Shown here: in pieces, positions 24,779 to 34,027 of the stretch | How the letters are laid out: each line of letters opens with the position of its first letter | Numbering within the stretch: the first letter of the stretch is position 1 | DNA from: Myxococcota bacterium | GTDB lineage: Bacteria > Myxococcota_A > Polyangia > Polyangiales > Sandaracinaceae | Direction of reading: 5' to 3' | DNA: 34,127 nucleotides | NCBI GenBank assembly: GCA_036149055.1 | Contig: JAYZQJ010000224.1 | Coordinates: forward strand, 1-34,127 | Position numbers and translations under genes: made by a program | Notes under the pieces: generated by a model | Seen by the model: only the letters and a program-made list of their open reading frames with translations | Told to the model about the DNA's origin: nothing | Databases searched by the model: none

Positions 24779-26497
24779 CCCGTCGTCGCGCCGCACCACG
24801 TCGGCGAGGTGAGGCCCGACGGTCTCGTAGAGGCTCACCAGCCCGCGCCCCACCGCGTTCGTGCGGAGGTGGCGATCGCGCAGGCGCCGCAGCGCCCCGA
24901 TCTCCGCCGCGAGCGGCGTGCCCCAGGCGGCGGTGGCCACGAAGCACGGCGAGACGGTCGTGAACTCGATGGCCGGGGTGGTGAACTCGGCCACCGCGAT
25001 CGGGCTCGACCGGGCGCAGCGGTCGAGGGCGCGCACCGCGACGTAGAAGGTGGTCTCCGGCGAGAGCCCCCCGAAGTCGGCCTCGACCACCTCGCCCGCG
25101 GGCACGGTGGTGTCGACGGTCAGCGCCATGTGCTCGAGGCTGGCCGCCTCCGCGGGCACCGCGCGCTCGAAGCTCTCGAGGTCGGTGATGGGCTCGCGGG
25201 AGATCCGCACCTCGTAGCGCGTCACCGCGAGGTCGTCGGCGGGCGCCACGAAGCGGAGGCGCGCGTAGCGGTGCGCGTCCCGGCGCTCGTGGTGCTCCTC
25301 GACCTCGAGGCCGGTGATCGGCTCGGGCGGCGTGTTCTCGAGGCAGACCTCGGGGCCGATGACGGTCACCGCCACCCGGGCGCCCGCCGGCTCCTCCAGA
25401 AAGCGCAGCCGGTCCGCGCCGCTGCCGGGCGAGGCGTCGGGGTCGTTCGCGATGCTGCCGTCCATCTCGTGCACGGTGCCCTCCTGGCCGTGCACGGTGC
25501 CGTAGCCCCACGGGTCGCGCGCCGTCTCGGTCGCGGCGCCTCCGCCGACGGTGAACGGCACCCGGAACACCACCGACGGCTGCCCCCGGTACGGGTAGCC
25601 GTAGTTGATCGCCCAGCTGTCCCACTCGCCCTCGGGGCCGACCGGGGTCGGGAAGCGATCGGGGTTGTAGGCGTCGTTGTAGTCGCCCTCGGTGTTGACC
25701 TCGATCCAGGCGACGTACTCGCCGTCCTCCCAGTCGTCGGGGATCTGGAACGAGAGCGTCTGGGCCCGCCCGGCCTGCGGCGTGGCCATGGTGACCGCGT
25801 CGATCTCGGGCATGATCCGGCGCGCGTCGTCGGCGTAGCGCGCGACGTCGGCGTGGTCGTAGCAGGCGCCGCCGGTGCAGCGGGTCACGTCCCGGCGCGG
25901 CGGGTAGAGCGAGCCGAGCTCGAGCGCCCGCATCGTCGCCTCGCCGGGGGCCGTCTGGAACGGCTCGGCGTAGCCCGCCGCCACGTCGTCCGCGGTGAGG
26001 TACCGGCCCTTGTCGCTGTTGAAGACGCTCGGGCAGGTGACGGCGTCCAGCGCGTCGCGCGAGCTCGCCGACTGCTGGAACGAGAGGCAGAAGTACTCGT
26101 CCTCGGAGAAGTCGTTCGACGAGCGCGAGGCCCAGCCCTCGGCGGAGCGGTCCTGGAAGATGACGCGGGGGAAGGGCTCCGCGCCCGGGGCGCTCGCCCG
26201 GTGGTGCGCCCAGACCGGGAGCACGCCCTCGCGCCGGCCGTAGGGCCACTGGAAGCCGCTGTTCATCTGCGAGGCGCCGGGCCGGTTGCCGATGCCGCGC
26301 AGGGCGACCGACTGGGTGAGGCCCAGGGTCCGCGCGTAGGTGCCGTCGGCCCGCTCGATCCAGATCGCGATCTGCGCCCGGGAGGTGGGCTGGTAGGTGA
26401 TCTCCACCACCCGCGGGACCTCGTCCCCCTGCGCGGCCGTCGTCCCCGCCAGGGCGAGGACGAGCGCCATCGCGCCGATTCCGCGGAACGCTCGCAT
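24713..26497 (-). CDS. Secreted protein with FN3-like domain and C-terminal CFI-box-CTERM-like domain
   Basis: Signal peptide; GLSPETTFYVAVRA (FN3); CFVATAAWG...LRRLRD..L...GR..V..Y...GP. Confidence 0.75.
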   Translation of the reverse strand: MRAFRGIGAMALVLALAGTTAAQGDEVPRVVEITYQPTSRAQIAIWIERADGTYARTLGLTQSVALRGIGNRPGASQMNSGFQWPYGRREGVLPVWAHHRASAPGAEPFPRVIFQDRSAEGWASRSSNDFSEDEYFCLSFQQSASSRDALDAVTCPSVFNSDKGRYLTADDVAAGYAEPFQTAPGEATMRALELGSLYPPRRDVTRCTGGACYDHADVARYADDARRIMPEIDAVTMATPQAGRAQTLSFQIPDDWEDGEYVAWIEVNTEGDYNDAYNPDRFPTPVGPEGEWDSWAINYGYPYRGQPSVVFRVPFTVGGGAATETARDPWGYGTVHGQEGTVHEMDGSIANDPDASPGSGADRLRFLEEPAGARVAVTVIGPEVCLENTPPEPITGLEVEEHHERRDAHRYARLRFVAPADDLAVTRYEVRISREPITDLESFERAVPAEAASLEHMALTVDTTVPAGEVVEADFGGLSPETTFYVAVRALDRCARSSPIAVAEFTTPAIEFTTVSPCFVATAAWGTPLAAEIGALRRLRDRHLRTNAVGRGLVSLYETVGPHLADVVRRDDGLRAAARGLLAPVVGLARLLDR

Positions 26498-26565
26498 CGG
26501 GGCCAAGGTAGGCCGCCGCGCGCCGGGGGACAAGACGACCGGGAGATGTGCGATGCTCCCGCGCC

Positions 26566-27054
26566 ATGAGAGCCACCATCCTCCTCGCGCTCCTCGCCAC
26601 CCTTCCGGCCACCCTGCTCGCCTGCGGGGGCCCGGAGCGCCGCTCCTACCACGCCGACAGCGACGGCCCGACCTACGTGGACCCGCCGGACGTGCACCTC
26701 GAGGGTGACCGGATCACCATCGACGACCACATCCACTTCGCCCACGACAGCGACGAGATCCTCGAGACCTCGAGCGAGCTGCTCGACCACATCGCGGAGT
26801 TCCTCCAGCACCACGAGGAGATCACCGCGCTCCACCTGGTCGGCCACACCGACGCCACCGGGACCGCGGAGTACAACCAGGAGCTGTCCGAGCGGCGGGC
26901 GGCCGCGGTGCGCCGAGCGCTCGAGCAGCGAGGGGTGACCCAGCCCATCGACTCCCGCGGGGCCGGCCAGAGCGAGCGCCTCTGCCAGGAGGACACCGAC
27001 GCGTGTCACCGCCAGAACCGCCGGGTGGAGTTCCGCGTCGACCTGGCGACCTGA
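26566..27054 (+). CDS. OmpA-family peptidoglycan-binding lipoprotein
   Basis: LLAC lipobox; GHTD, YNQELSERRA, NRRVEF. Confidence 0.9.
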   Translation: MRATILLALLATLPATLLACGGPERRSYHADSDGPTYVDPPDVHLEGDRITIDDHIHFAHDSDEILETSSELLDHIAEFLQHHEEITALHLVGHTDATGTAEYNQELSERRAAAVRRALEQRGVTQPIDSRGAGQSERLCQEDTDACHRQNRRVEFRVDLAT

Positions 27055-27060
27055 CGCCGA

Positions 27061-28095
27061 TCAGCGGCGGTTTCGTACGGACCGACGTCGCTCCGGCACC
27101 CGCCCGGTGAGCATGTAGAGCTCGCCGGTGTCCCAGCTCGTCGTGTAGACGCGCAGGCCCGGCCCGGGGTGCATGGCGAGCCCGACGAGCCGGTGCGCGC
27201 CCGGGACCTCGTGCCGGCGATGGGTGCGCTCGACGGTGTCGATGAGGGAGACGTCGCTCGAGCCGAAGTTGGCGACCCCGACCCAGCGGCCGTCGGCGGT
27301 CACGTCGATGCTGCGCGGGTTGCGGCCGGTCGAGGCGATGCCGAAGGGCCGGCCGTGGTCCTCGGGGCGGTAGAAGCCGATGTGCCCGAGCGAGCAGGTG
27401 AGGAAGAACGCCCGCCGGTCCGGGGTCGGGAGCACGTCGCGGGGGAAGCGGCAGACCTCGAGCTGCTCGCGCTCCTGCCCGGCCGCGAACACGTGGACGC
27501 GATCCCCGCCGAACGCGGCCGCGAGCAGGGTGCCGTCGGCGAGCACCCCCATGCCGCGCGGGCGCTCGTCGGTGGCGAGGCGCGCGACCTCTCGGCCCTC
27601 CCGGAGGTCGACGACCGAGACCGACTCGTCGAAGTAGTTGGCGACGTAGAGGGTCGAGCCGTCGACCACGATCGTCTTCGGGTGGCTCCCGACCTCGATC
27701 TCGCGGCGCACCTCGAGCCGCGCGAAGTCGATCTCCTCGACCACGTGGCGCCTGAAGTTCGACACCCAGAGGGTCCGACCGTCCGCGCTGAACGCGCTCT
27801 CGACGGCGTTGCCGGGGAAGCTCACCGAGCCGACGTGCTCGAGGGTCTCGGCGTCGTACACCCAGACGTTGTCGCTGTCGGGGCGGCCGAAGTTGCAGAC
27901 CACGACCCGGCTCCCGTCGGGGCTGACGTTCACGCTCTTGGGCAGGACGCCGGTCTCGGCGACGGCCGCGACCCGGAGGCGCGGGCCGCCCCGCTCGGTC
28001 TGGAAGATCCGGGTGCGCGAGCGCTCCTGGGCGCCGGCCGCCGGGATCGCCAGGCCGGCGAGCGCGAGCAGCAGGACCGGGGCATATCGTCGCAC
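27061..28095 (-). CDS. Secreted YncE/YVTN-type beta-propeller protein
   Basis: Signal peptide from GTG 28095; repeated blades SPDGSRVVVCN, SADGRTLWVSN, LYVAN..SVSVVD, VGVAN..DVSLID. Only the last third of the 1151-aa track ORF. Confidence 0.8.
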   Translation of the reverse strand: MRRYAPVLLLALAGLAIPAAGAQERSRTRIFQTERGGPRLRVAAVAETGVLPKSVNVSPDGSRVVVCNFGRPDSDNVWVYDAETLEHVGSVSFPGNAVESAFSADGRTLWVSNFRRHVVEEIDFARLEVRREIEVGSHPKTIVVDGSTLYVANYFDESVSVVDLREGREVARLATDERPRGMGVLADGTLLAAAFGGDRVHVFAAGQEREQLEVCRFPRDVLPTPDRRAFFLTCSLGHIGFYRPEDHGRPFGIASTGRNPRSIDVTADGRWVGVANFGSSDVSLIDTVERTHRRHEVPGAHRLVGLAMHPGPGLRVYTTSWDTGELYMLTGRVPERRRSVRNRR

Positions 28096-28200
28096 GTCGG
28101 CGATGCTTTCGTGGATCTCGCCCCCTCGCAAGTTTCCAGATCGGGGTGACGCCGAGGTGACGGTGAGGCCTCCTGCCCCGCGCCCTGCTATGGTCGCGCG

Positions 28201-29208
28201 GTGGCGTCGCGAGATCCGCTCGAAGTACTGCTCGCGCTGACTCGCCTGCTCGCGGAGGAGACCTCCCTCGAGCGGGAGCTGAAGGCGACGACCGACGCCG
28301 CGCTCGAGCTGCTGCCGGCCGATCACGCGTCGCTGCGGCTCTTCGACGACGAGCGCCGCGAGCTCCTCAGCAGCGCGCGCTCGGGGCTCGGGCAGGGGCA
28401 GGCGCCGGCGACCTTCCGGGCCGGGGAGGGCGTGCTCGGGATCGTGGCCGACACCGGCAAGGCCGCGCTGGTGCTCGACACCGCGACCGACGAGCGCTTC
28501 AAGCACGCCTCGGTCGGCTTCGACGTGGGCTCGCTGGTCGCCGTGCCCCTGGTCGCGAGCGGGCAGGTGGTCGGCGTGCTGAGCGCCTCGTCGGGGGAGG
28601 CGCGCTGCTTCTCCGAGCTGCACCGGGATCTCGCGCAGCTGCTCGCGAACTGCACCGTGCCGGCGATCGAGAGCGCGCGGCTGGCTCACCTCGCGATCAC
28701 CGACGACCTCACGCGCGCCTACAACGTGCGCTACCTCGGCAACCGGCTGAGCGAGGAGGTGAGCCGGGCGCGCCGCTACGGCGACGGGTTCGCGCTCCTG
28801 ATGATGGACCTCGACCACTTCAAGCGCGTCAACGATCGCCACGGCCACCCGGTCGGCGACGAGGTGCTGCGCGGCTTCGCCGATCGGGTGCGGGCCGAGG
28901 TGCGCGGGCCCGACGTGCTCATCCGCCGCGGCGGCGAGGAGTTCCTGCTGCTCATGCCGAGCACCTCGATGCCCGAGGCCAGCGCGGTCGCCGAGCGCAT
29001 CCGGGCCGCGGTCTCGGCCGAGCCCATCCCCACCGCTGCCGGGGACGTGACCATCACCGTCTCGATCGGGGTGGCGACCTGGCAGGCCGACGAGGAGGGC
29101 GGGGCCACCGAGTCGCGCGCCGACACCGCGCTCTACCGCGCCAAGGAGACGGGCCGCGACCGGGTGGTCTCCGAGCGCGATCTCGACGAACGGCCGCCCG
29201 GGTCCTAG
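28201..29208 (+). CDS. GAF-GGDEF diguanylate cyclase
   Basis: DLDHFKRVND..GH..GD, I-site RGPD, GGEEF, SIGVA. Confidence 0.93.
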   Translation: MASRDPLEVLLALTRLLAEETSLERELKATTDAALELLPADHASLRLFDDERRELLSSARSGLGQGQAPATFRAGEGVLGIVADTGKAALVLDTATDERFKHASVGFDVGSLVAVPLVASGQVVGVLSASSGEARCFSELHRDLAQLLANCTVPAIESARLAHLAITDDLTRAYNVRYLGNRLSEEVSRARRYGDGFALLMMDLDHFKRVNDRHGHPVGDEVLRGFADRVRAEVRGPDVLIRRGGEEFLLLMPSTSMPEASAVAERIRAAVSAEPIPTAAGDVTITVSIGVATWQADEEGGATESRADTALYRAKETGRDRVVSERDLDERPPGS

Positions 29209-29217
29209 GGATCCGCC

Positions 29218-29928
29218 ATGGCCAAGCTGCAGATCGACGTCTGGTCCGACATCGCGTGCCCCTGGTGTTACGTGGGCAAGCGCCGGCTCGAGGCCGCGCT
29301 CGAGGGTTTCCCTCACGCGGACGAGGTGAGCGTCACCTGGCACTCCTTCGAGCTGGATCCGTCCTCGCCCCCCGAGGTCGACGTGGAGGCGCAGAGCTAC
29401 GCCGCCCGCCTCGCGAAGAAGTACCGGGTCCCGGTCGAGCGCGGCCAGCAGATGATCGACGGGATGACGGAGACGGCGGCCCAGGACGGCATCGAGATGC
29501 GCTTCGACGTCATCCGCCCGGGCAACACCTTCGACGCCCACCGCCTGCTCCACCTGGCGGAGACGCGCGGCCTGCAGGGCGCGCTGAAGGAGCGCTACCT
29601 GGCCGCCTATCTCTGCGAGGGCGAGCGGATCGGCGATCACGAGACCCTGGTGCGCCTCGCGGCCGAGGTCGGGCTCGACGCGGACGAGGCCCAGGGCGTG
29701 CTGGCGTCGGACGACTACGCGGCCGACGTCCGGGCCGACGAGGCGAACGCGGCCCAGCTCGGCATCCACGGCGTCCCCTTCTTCGTGTTCGACCGCAAGT
29801 ACGCGGTGCAAGGCGCGCAGCCGGCCGAGGTGGTGCGCAAGGTGCTCGACAAGGCCTGGGAGGAGGCGCAGCCGCAGCTCGTCACCCTCTCCGAGGGCGC
29901 GGTCTGCGGGCCCGACGGCTGCGAGTAG
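29218..29928 (+). CDS. DsbA-family (FrnE-like) oxidoreductase
   Basis: WSDIACPWC, GVPFF, GAQ and C-terminal CGPDGC. Confidence 0.92.
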   Translation: MAKLQIDVWSDIACPWCYVGKRRLEAALEGFPHADEVSVTWHSFELDPSSPPEVDVEAQSYAARLAKKYRVPVERGQQMIDGMTETAAQDGIEMRFDVIRPGNTFDAHRLLHLAETRGLQGALKERYLAAYLCEGERIGDHETLVRLAAEVGLDADEAQGVLASDDYAADVRADEANAAQLGIHGVPFFVFDRKYAVQGAQPAEVVRKVLDKAWEEAQPQLVTLSEGAVCGPDGCE

Positions 29929-29936
29929 AGCGGCGA

Positions 29937-30446
29937 TCACTCCGGCGCCGGCACGATCACGATCAGCGGAGCGTCGCGCCCGCGCGGATCGATCGCGGTG
30001 ACCGGGCCAGCGGCGATCCAGCCGCAGCCCACCGCGTTGCACTGGAGCTGGACCGGCATCTGCCGCCCGCAACCGACGGCCACCCGATCGTGGGCGTGCA
30101 CGCCGGCTTGCTGCCCGATCTGGCCGATGGGGCAGCGGAGCGCCCGCGCCGCCGCCTCGCCGACCGTCGGGATCCGGCGCCACTGGCAGTTCGCCCAGCG
30201 GCGGCCCCGGGACCGGCAGCGCAGGAAGTACTCGCGCGGGCCGACGCAGGTGTTGGTCACCCACAGCGTCTCTTCGATGCGGACCGGCTGCACCTCCACC
30301 GGCTGGCAGCCGCTGTCGGCGGCGGCGAGGCGGATGAGGTTGCGCTCGAAGCGCTCGACGCGCCCGGGGTCGTGCACCGGGTCGTAGTGACGCCGGCAGC
30401 CGAAGGCCGCGAGGAGCGCGAAGAGCGTGATCGCGAGGCGGGCCAT
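29937..30446 (-). CDS. Small Cys-rich putative lipoprotein
   Basis: AAFGC lipobox; multiple Cys in two loosely similar halves. Confidence 0.65.
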   Translation of the reverse strand: MARLAITLFALLAAFGCRRHYDPVHDPGRVERFERNLIRLAAADSGCQPVEVQPVRIEETLWVTNTCVGPREYFLRCRSRGRRWANCQWRRIPTVGEAAARALRCPIGQIGQQAGVHAHDRVAVGCGRQMPVQLQCNAVGCGWIAAGPVTAIDPRGRDAPLIVIVPAPE

Positions 30447-30484
30447 GTCTACGCGAGGACGTACGCACGCCTATACTCCTGGCG

Positions 30485-32260
30485 ATGCTGCGTCGCCTCT
30501 CCGCCTTCGCGCTCACCTGGCTGCTCGCCGGCCCGTCGCACGCCTACGACGCGGCGCCGCTCCTCGAGTCGCTCCGTCCGGCCGAGCGCGAGCGCGCGGT
30601 GACCCAGGCCCAGCTCGGCGCGCCGAACGCGCTGCCGTTCTATGACCTGACCATCGACGTCGAGGACGACCTGCGCGCCTTCACCCTCGAGCAGGTCGCG
30701 TGGGTCCACAACGACTCGACCCAGCCGTGGGGCTCGGTGGTCTTCCGCGTCTTCGTCAACGCGACGCGACCCGACGCGATGCGGCTCGAGGCGCTCTCCT
30801 GCGAGGGGGTCCGCTGCGATCACGAGCAGCCCGATCCCTCGGCCATCGTCGTGCGCCCCGCCTCGCCCGTGCCCCCGGGAGGCTGGCTCCAGGTGCGCCT
30901 CCGGCTGCGCGGCGCGCTGCAGGTCGTCCCGGCCGAGCGCCTCACCCTCATGGGACAGGGCCTCGAGTCGCTCGGCGCGCTGAGCGGCGGCCACGGCGGC
31001 GGGGACTACGGGCTGCTCGCCCACGGGGACGGGATCTCGTCGTTCGCCTCCTTCGTCCCGGTGCTGGCCCGACGCCGGGGCGGGCGCTGGGAGCAGAGCG
31101 ACGCGAGCACGATGGGCGACCTCGGCACCGACGCGCTCGCCCACTACCAGGCGCGCGTCCGCGTGCCCGATGGGACCCGCGTCGTGGCGACCGGCGTGGA
31201 GGACCCGCCCCGGGTGATCGGCGACCGCAGCGAGGTCCGGGTGCGGCTCGCGCTCGGCCGCGACTTCGCGTTCGCGGCCAGCCCCCGCTTCGAGCAGCGC
31301 GCGCGTCAGGTGGGCGACGTGGCCGTGCGCTCGTGGTTCCTGCGCGGGCACGAGGCGTCGGGCGTCGAGGCGCTCGAGGCGGCGGCGCACTCGGTCGGGC
31401 TCTTCGAGCGGCGGTTCGGCGCCTACCCCTACACCGAGCTCGACGTGGTCGAGGCGCCCCTCATCGGCGGGGCGGGCGGGGTCGAGTTCTCGTCGATGGT
31501 CACCGTCGCGACGATGTTCTATCGGCCGGCCGGGGCGGGCGGGCCGCTCGCGGCGCTGATGGGCGGCGGTCAGCAGCTCGAAGGGCGCCGGGCGGCGATG
31601 CTCGAGCTCGTCACCGCCCACGAGGTCGCCCACCAGTGGTGGCACGGCATCGTCGGCAGCGACTCGCGGCGCCACCCCTTCCAGGACGAGACCCTCGCCC
31701 AGTGGTCCGCGCTCCTCTACGTGCGCGACCGGCACGGCGACGCGCGGGCCGAGCAGGAGCGCGACCAGCAGGTGGTCGCCGGCTACCACATGATGCGCCT
31801 GATGGGCCGGCCGGACGGCGCGGTGGATCGCCCGGTCAGCGCCTTCCCGGACCCGCTCAGCTACGGGGGCCTGGTCTACGGCAAAGGGCCGCTCGTGTAC
31901 CCGGCGATGCGCCGCCAGCTCGGCGACCGCCGCTTCTACCGGGCGGTGCGCGCCTACGCCGACGCGCATCGCTTCCGGATCGCCCCGCCCCGCGCCCTCT
32001 TCGACCGCTTCGCGAGGGGCCGCCACGCCCCGGCGGCGCGGGCCCTCGAGCGGCGCTGGCTCGACGAGGCCCACGGCGACGCCGACCTCGGCCCGCCCAG
32101 CCTGCCCGGCCTCGGCCCCGGCGCGGGCGACCTCCACCAGGGCCTCGGCGGGGCCGACGAGGCGCAGCTCCGGCGCATGCTCGAGGGGCTCCTCGGCGGG
32201 GGCGGCCAGGCCCCCGATCTCCGGGGCCTGATGGAGATGCTGCAGGGCGCGACGCCGTGA
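30485..32260 (+). CDS. Secreted M1-family (gluzincin) metallopeptidase
   Basis: GGVE exopeptidase motif, HEVAH, downstream DE, VYGKG. Confidence 0.88.
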   Translation: MLRRLSAFALTWLLAGPSHAYDAAPLLESLRPAERERAVTQAQLGAPNALPFYDLTIDVEDDLRAFTLEQVAWVHNDSTQPWGSVVFRVFVNATRPDAMRLEALSCEGVRCDHEQPDPSAIVVRPASPVPPGGWLQVRLRLRGALQVVPAERLTLMGQGLESLGALSGGHGGGDYGLLAHGDGISSFASFVPVLARRRGGRWEQSDASTMGDLGTDALAHYQARVRVPDGTRVVATGVEDPPRVIGDRSEVRVRLALGRDFAFAASPRFEQRARQVGDVAVRSWFLRGHEASGVEALEAAAHSVGLFERRFGAYPYTELDVVEAPLIGGAGGVEFSSMVTVATMFYRPAGAGGPLAALMGGGQQLEGRRAAMLELVTAHEVAHQWWHGIVGSDSRRHPFQDETLAQWSALLYVRDRHGDARAEQERDQQVVAGYHMMRLMGRPDGAVDRPVSAFPDPLSYGGLVYGKGPLVYPAMRRQLGDRRFYRAVRAYADAHRFRIAPPRALFDRFARGRHAPAARALERRWLDEAHGDADLGPPSLPGLGPGAGDLHQGLGGADEAQLRRMLEGLLGGGGQAPDLRGLMEMLQGATP

Positions 32261-32859
32261 GCTTCGGGGCCCCGCTCACGCTCGAGGGCGGCCACACGCT
32301 GCGCGTCGGACGGCTGCCGGCCCGGCTCCGCGAGGCGATCGACTTCGAGGCGCTGTGGGCCATGCACCCCGAGCGGCCGCACCGCGTGCGCATGTACGGC
32401 CGGTGGGTCGACACCCCGCGCTACCAGGCCGCCTACGGGGCCGACTATCGCTACAGCGGCACGGTCAACCCGGCGCGTCCGGTCCCGCCCCGGCTCCAGG
32501 CGATCCGCGACTGGGCGCGCGAGGCCATCGATCCGCGGCTCGATGGGCTGCTGCTGAACTGGTACGACGCGGCCGAGGGCCACTACATGGGGCCGCACCG
32601 GGACTACGGTCGCGACCTGACCCGCGGCGCGCCCATCGTGACCGTCTCCTTCGGCGCCCCCCGGATCTTCCGGATCCGCCCCCACGGCGGCGGCCCCTTC
32701 GTCGACCTCGACGCCACCGACGGCGACGTCTTCGTGATGCCCTGGGCGACCAACCGCGCCTTCACCCACGCCGTGCCCCGGCGGGCGGCGGACCGGGGGC
32801 GGCGGGTCAGCGTGACGCTGAGAGCGTTCCGTCCCGAAGCTGCTAGGCTCGCCCGATGA
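32257..32859 (+). CDS. AlkB-family 2OG-Fe(II) dioxygenase
   Basis: GTG overlaps the peptidase stop; LLNWY, HRD, HAVP, RVSVTLR. Confidence 0.88.
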   Translation: MSFGAPLTLEGGHTLRVGRLPARLREAIDFEALWAMHPERPHRVRMYGRWVDTPRYQAAYGADYRYSGTVNPARPVPPRLQAIRDWAREAIDPRLDGLLLNWYDAAEGHYMGPHRDYGRDLTRGAPIVTVSFGAPRIFRIRPHGGGPFVDLDATDGDVFVMPWATNRAFTHAVPRRAADRGRRVSVTLRAFRPEAARLAR

Positions 32860-34022
32860 CCTCCCGGATCGCCCCCCTCGCTTGCCTGTGCGCTCTCCTC
32901 GGCTCCTGCGCCCCGGCCGACCCGCACGGAGACGAGCCCAGCATGGACGAGCTCGAGGCGCTCTTCGGGACCGCCGCGGAGCAGGTGGACGACCCGGGCA
33001 AGGTGGACGATCCGTCGTGCAACGGCGTCATCGTGCCCGACCAGAGCGGGTTCGAGCGTCGGGTCGCGCTGACCTTCGACGACGGCCCGAACCCCGCGAC
33101 CACTCCGGACGTCATGGAGGTCCTGCGGCGCCGCAACGTGCCCGCGACCTTCTTCATCAACGGCAACCGGGTCACCGGCGACGCGCACGTCGCCATCGTG
33201 GAGGACATCGTCCGCGACCCGCTCTTCCTGCTCGCGAACCACACCTGGTCGCACCCGCGGAGCCCGTTCCTCGACGAGATGGACGACGAGCGCATGGCGG
33301 CGCAGATCGACGACGTCACCGCCATCATCGAGGACGCCGGCGGAATGGCCAGCTACTTCCGCTTCCCGTTCGGCCGCGCGAAGTGCCGGACCGCCAACGC
33401 GGTGCGCGAGCGCGGCTACACCATCACCGGGTGGCACGTCGACAGCGCCGACTGGTGCTACGCGGGCGGCCGCGGCCGCTGCAGCTGGGACGGGCTCCCC
33501 GAGGCGTTCCGTGACGGCGACATGCTCGGCTACGTCATGCAGCAGGTGCGGCGCCGGAACGGCGGCATCGTGCTCTTCCACGACATCCACCGCTTCACCG
33601 CCGACGCGCTCGAGGGCGTGATCGACGCGCTCGAGGACGAGGGCTACACGTTCGTCAACGTCGACGACATCGACGCCTTCCCGCGCCTCAACGGCCTCAC
33701 GCCGCCGCCGGAGCGCTTCATCGGCGACGCCTGCACGACCGACATGGACTGCAACTTCGAGTCGGGCGCCTTCTGTCTCGACGCGGGCTTCTGCACCACC
33801 GCCTGCACCGGCTACTGTCCCGACCGCGTCGGCTACGCCGGCACCTTCTGCGTCGAGGACACGGCGGGGCTCAGCGACGTCGAGGCCTTCTGCGTGCAGC
33901 GCGCGGCCGAGGCGAACGACTATTGCGCCGCGATCGACGGCGCCGAGCTCGCGACCCGCGACCGCTACCTCGGCGAGGCCGGCATCCGCCCGTCCAGCGC
34001 CGAGGTCTGCGCGCCGCGCTGA
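32856..34022 (+). CDS. Polysaccharide deacetylase (CE4/NodB) lipoprotein with Cys-rich C-terminus
   Basis: LLGSC lipobox; TFDDGP, NHTWSH, FRFPFG, LFHD. Confidence 0.92.
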   Translation: MTSRIAPLACLCALLGSCAPADPHGDEPSMDELEALFGTAAEQVDDPGKVDDPSCNGVIVPDQSGFERRVALTFDDGPNPATTPDVMEVLRRRNVPATFFINGNRVTGDAHVAIVEDIVRDPLFLLANHTWSHPRSPFLDEMDDERMAAQIDDVTAIIEDAGGMASYFRFPFGRAKCRTANAVRERGYTITGWHVDSADWCYAGGRGRCSWDGLPEAFRDGDMLGYVMQQVRRRNGGIVLFHDIHRFTADALEGVIDALEDEGYTFVNVDDIDAFPRLNGLTPPPERFIGDACTTDMDCNFESGAFCLDAGFCTTACTGYCPDRVGYAGTFCVEDTAGLSDVEAFCVQRAAEANDYCAAIDGAELATRDRYLGEAGIRPSSAEVCAPR

Positions 34023-34027
34023 GTTTC

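Noticed and set aside
28096..30516. 1151-aa minus-strand giant ORF
   Set aside because: Only 27061-28095 looks like protein; the rest is antisense to the DGC and DsbA genes, a high-GC artefact.
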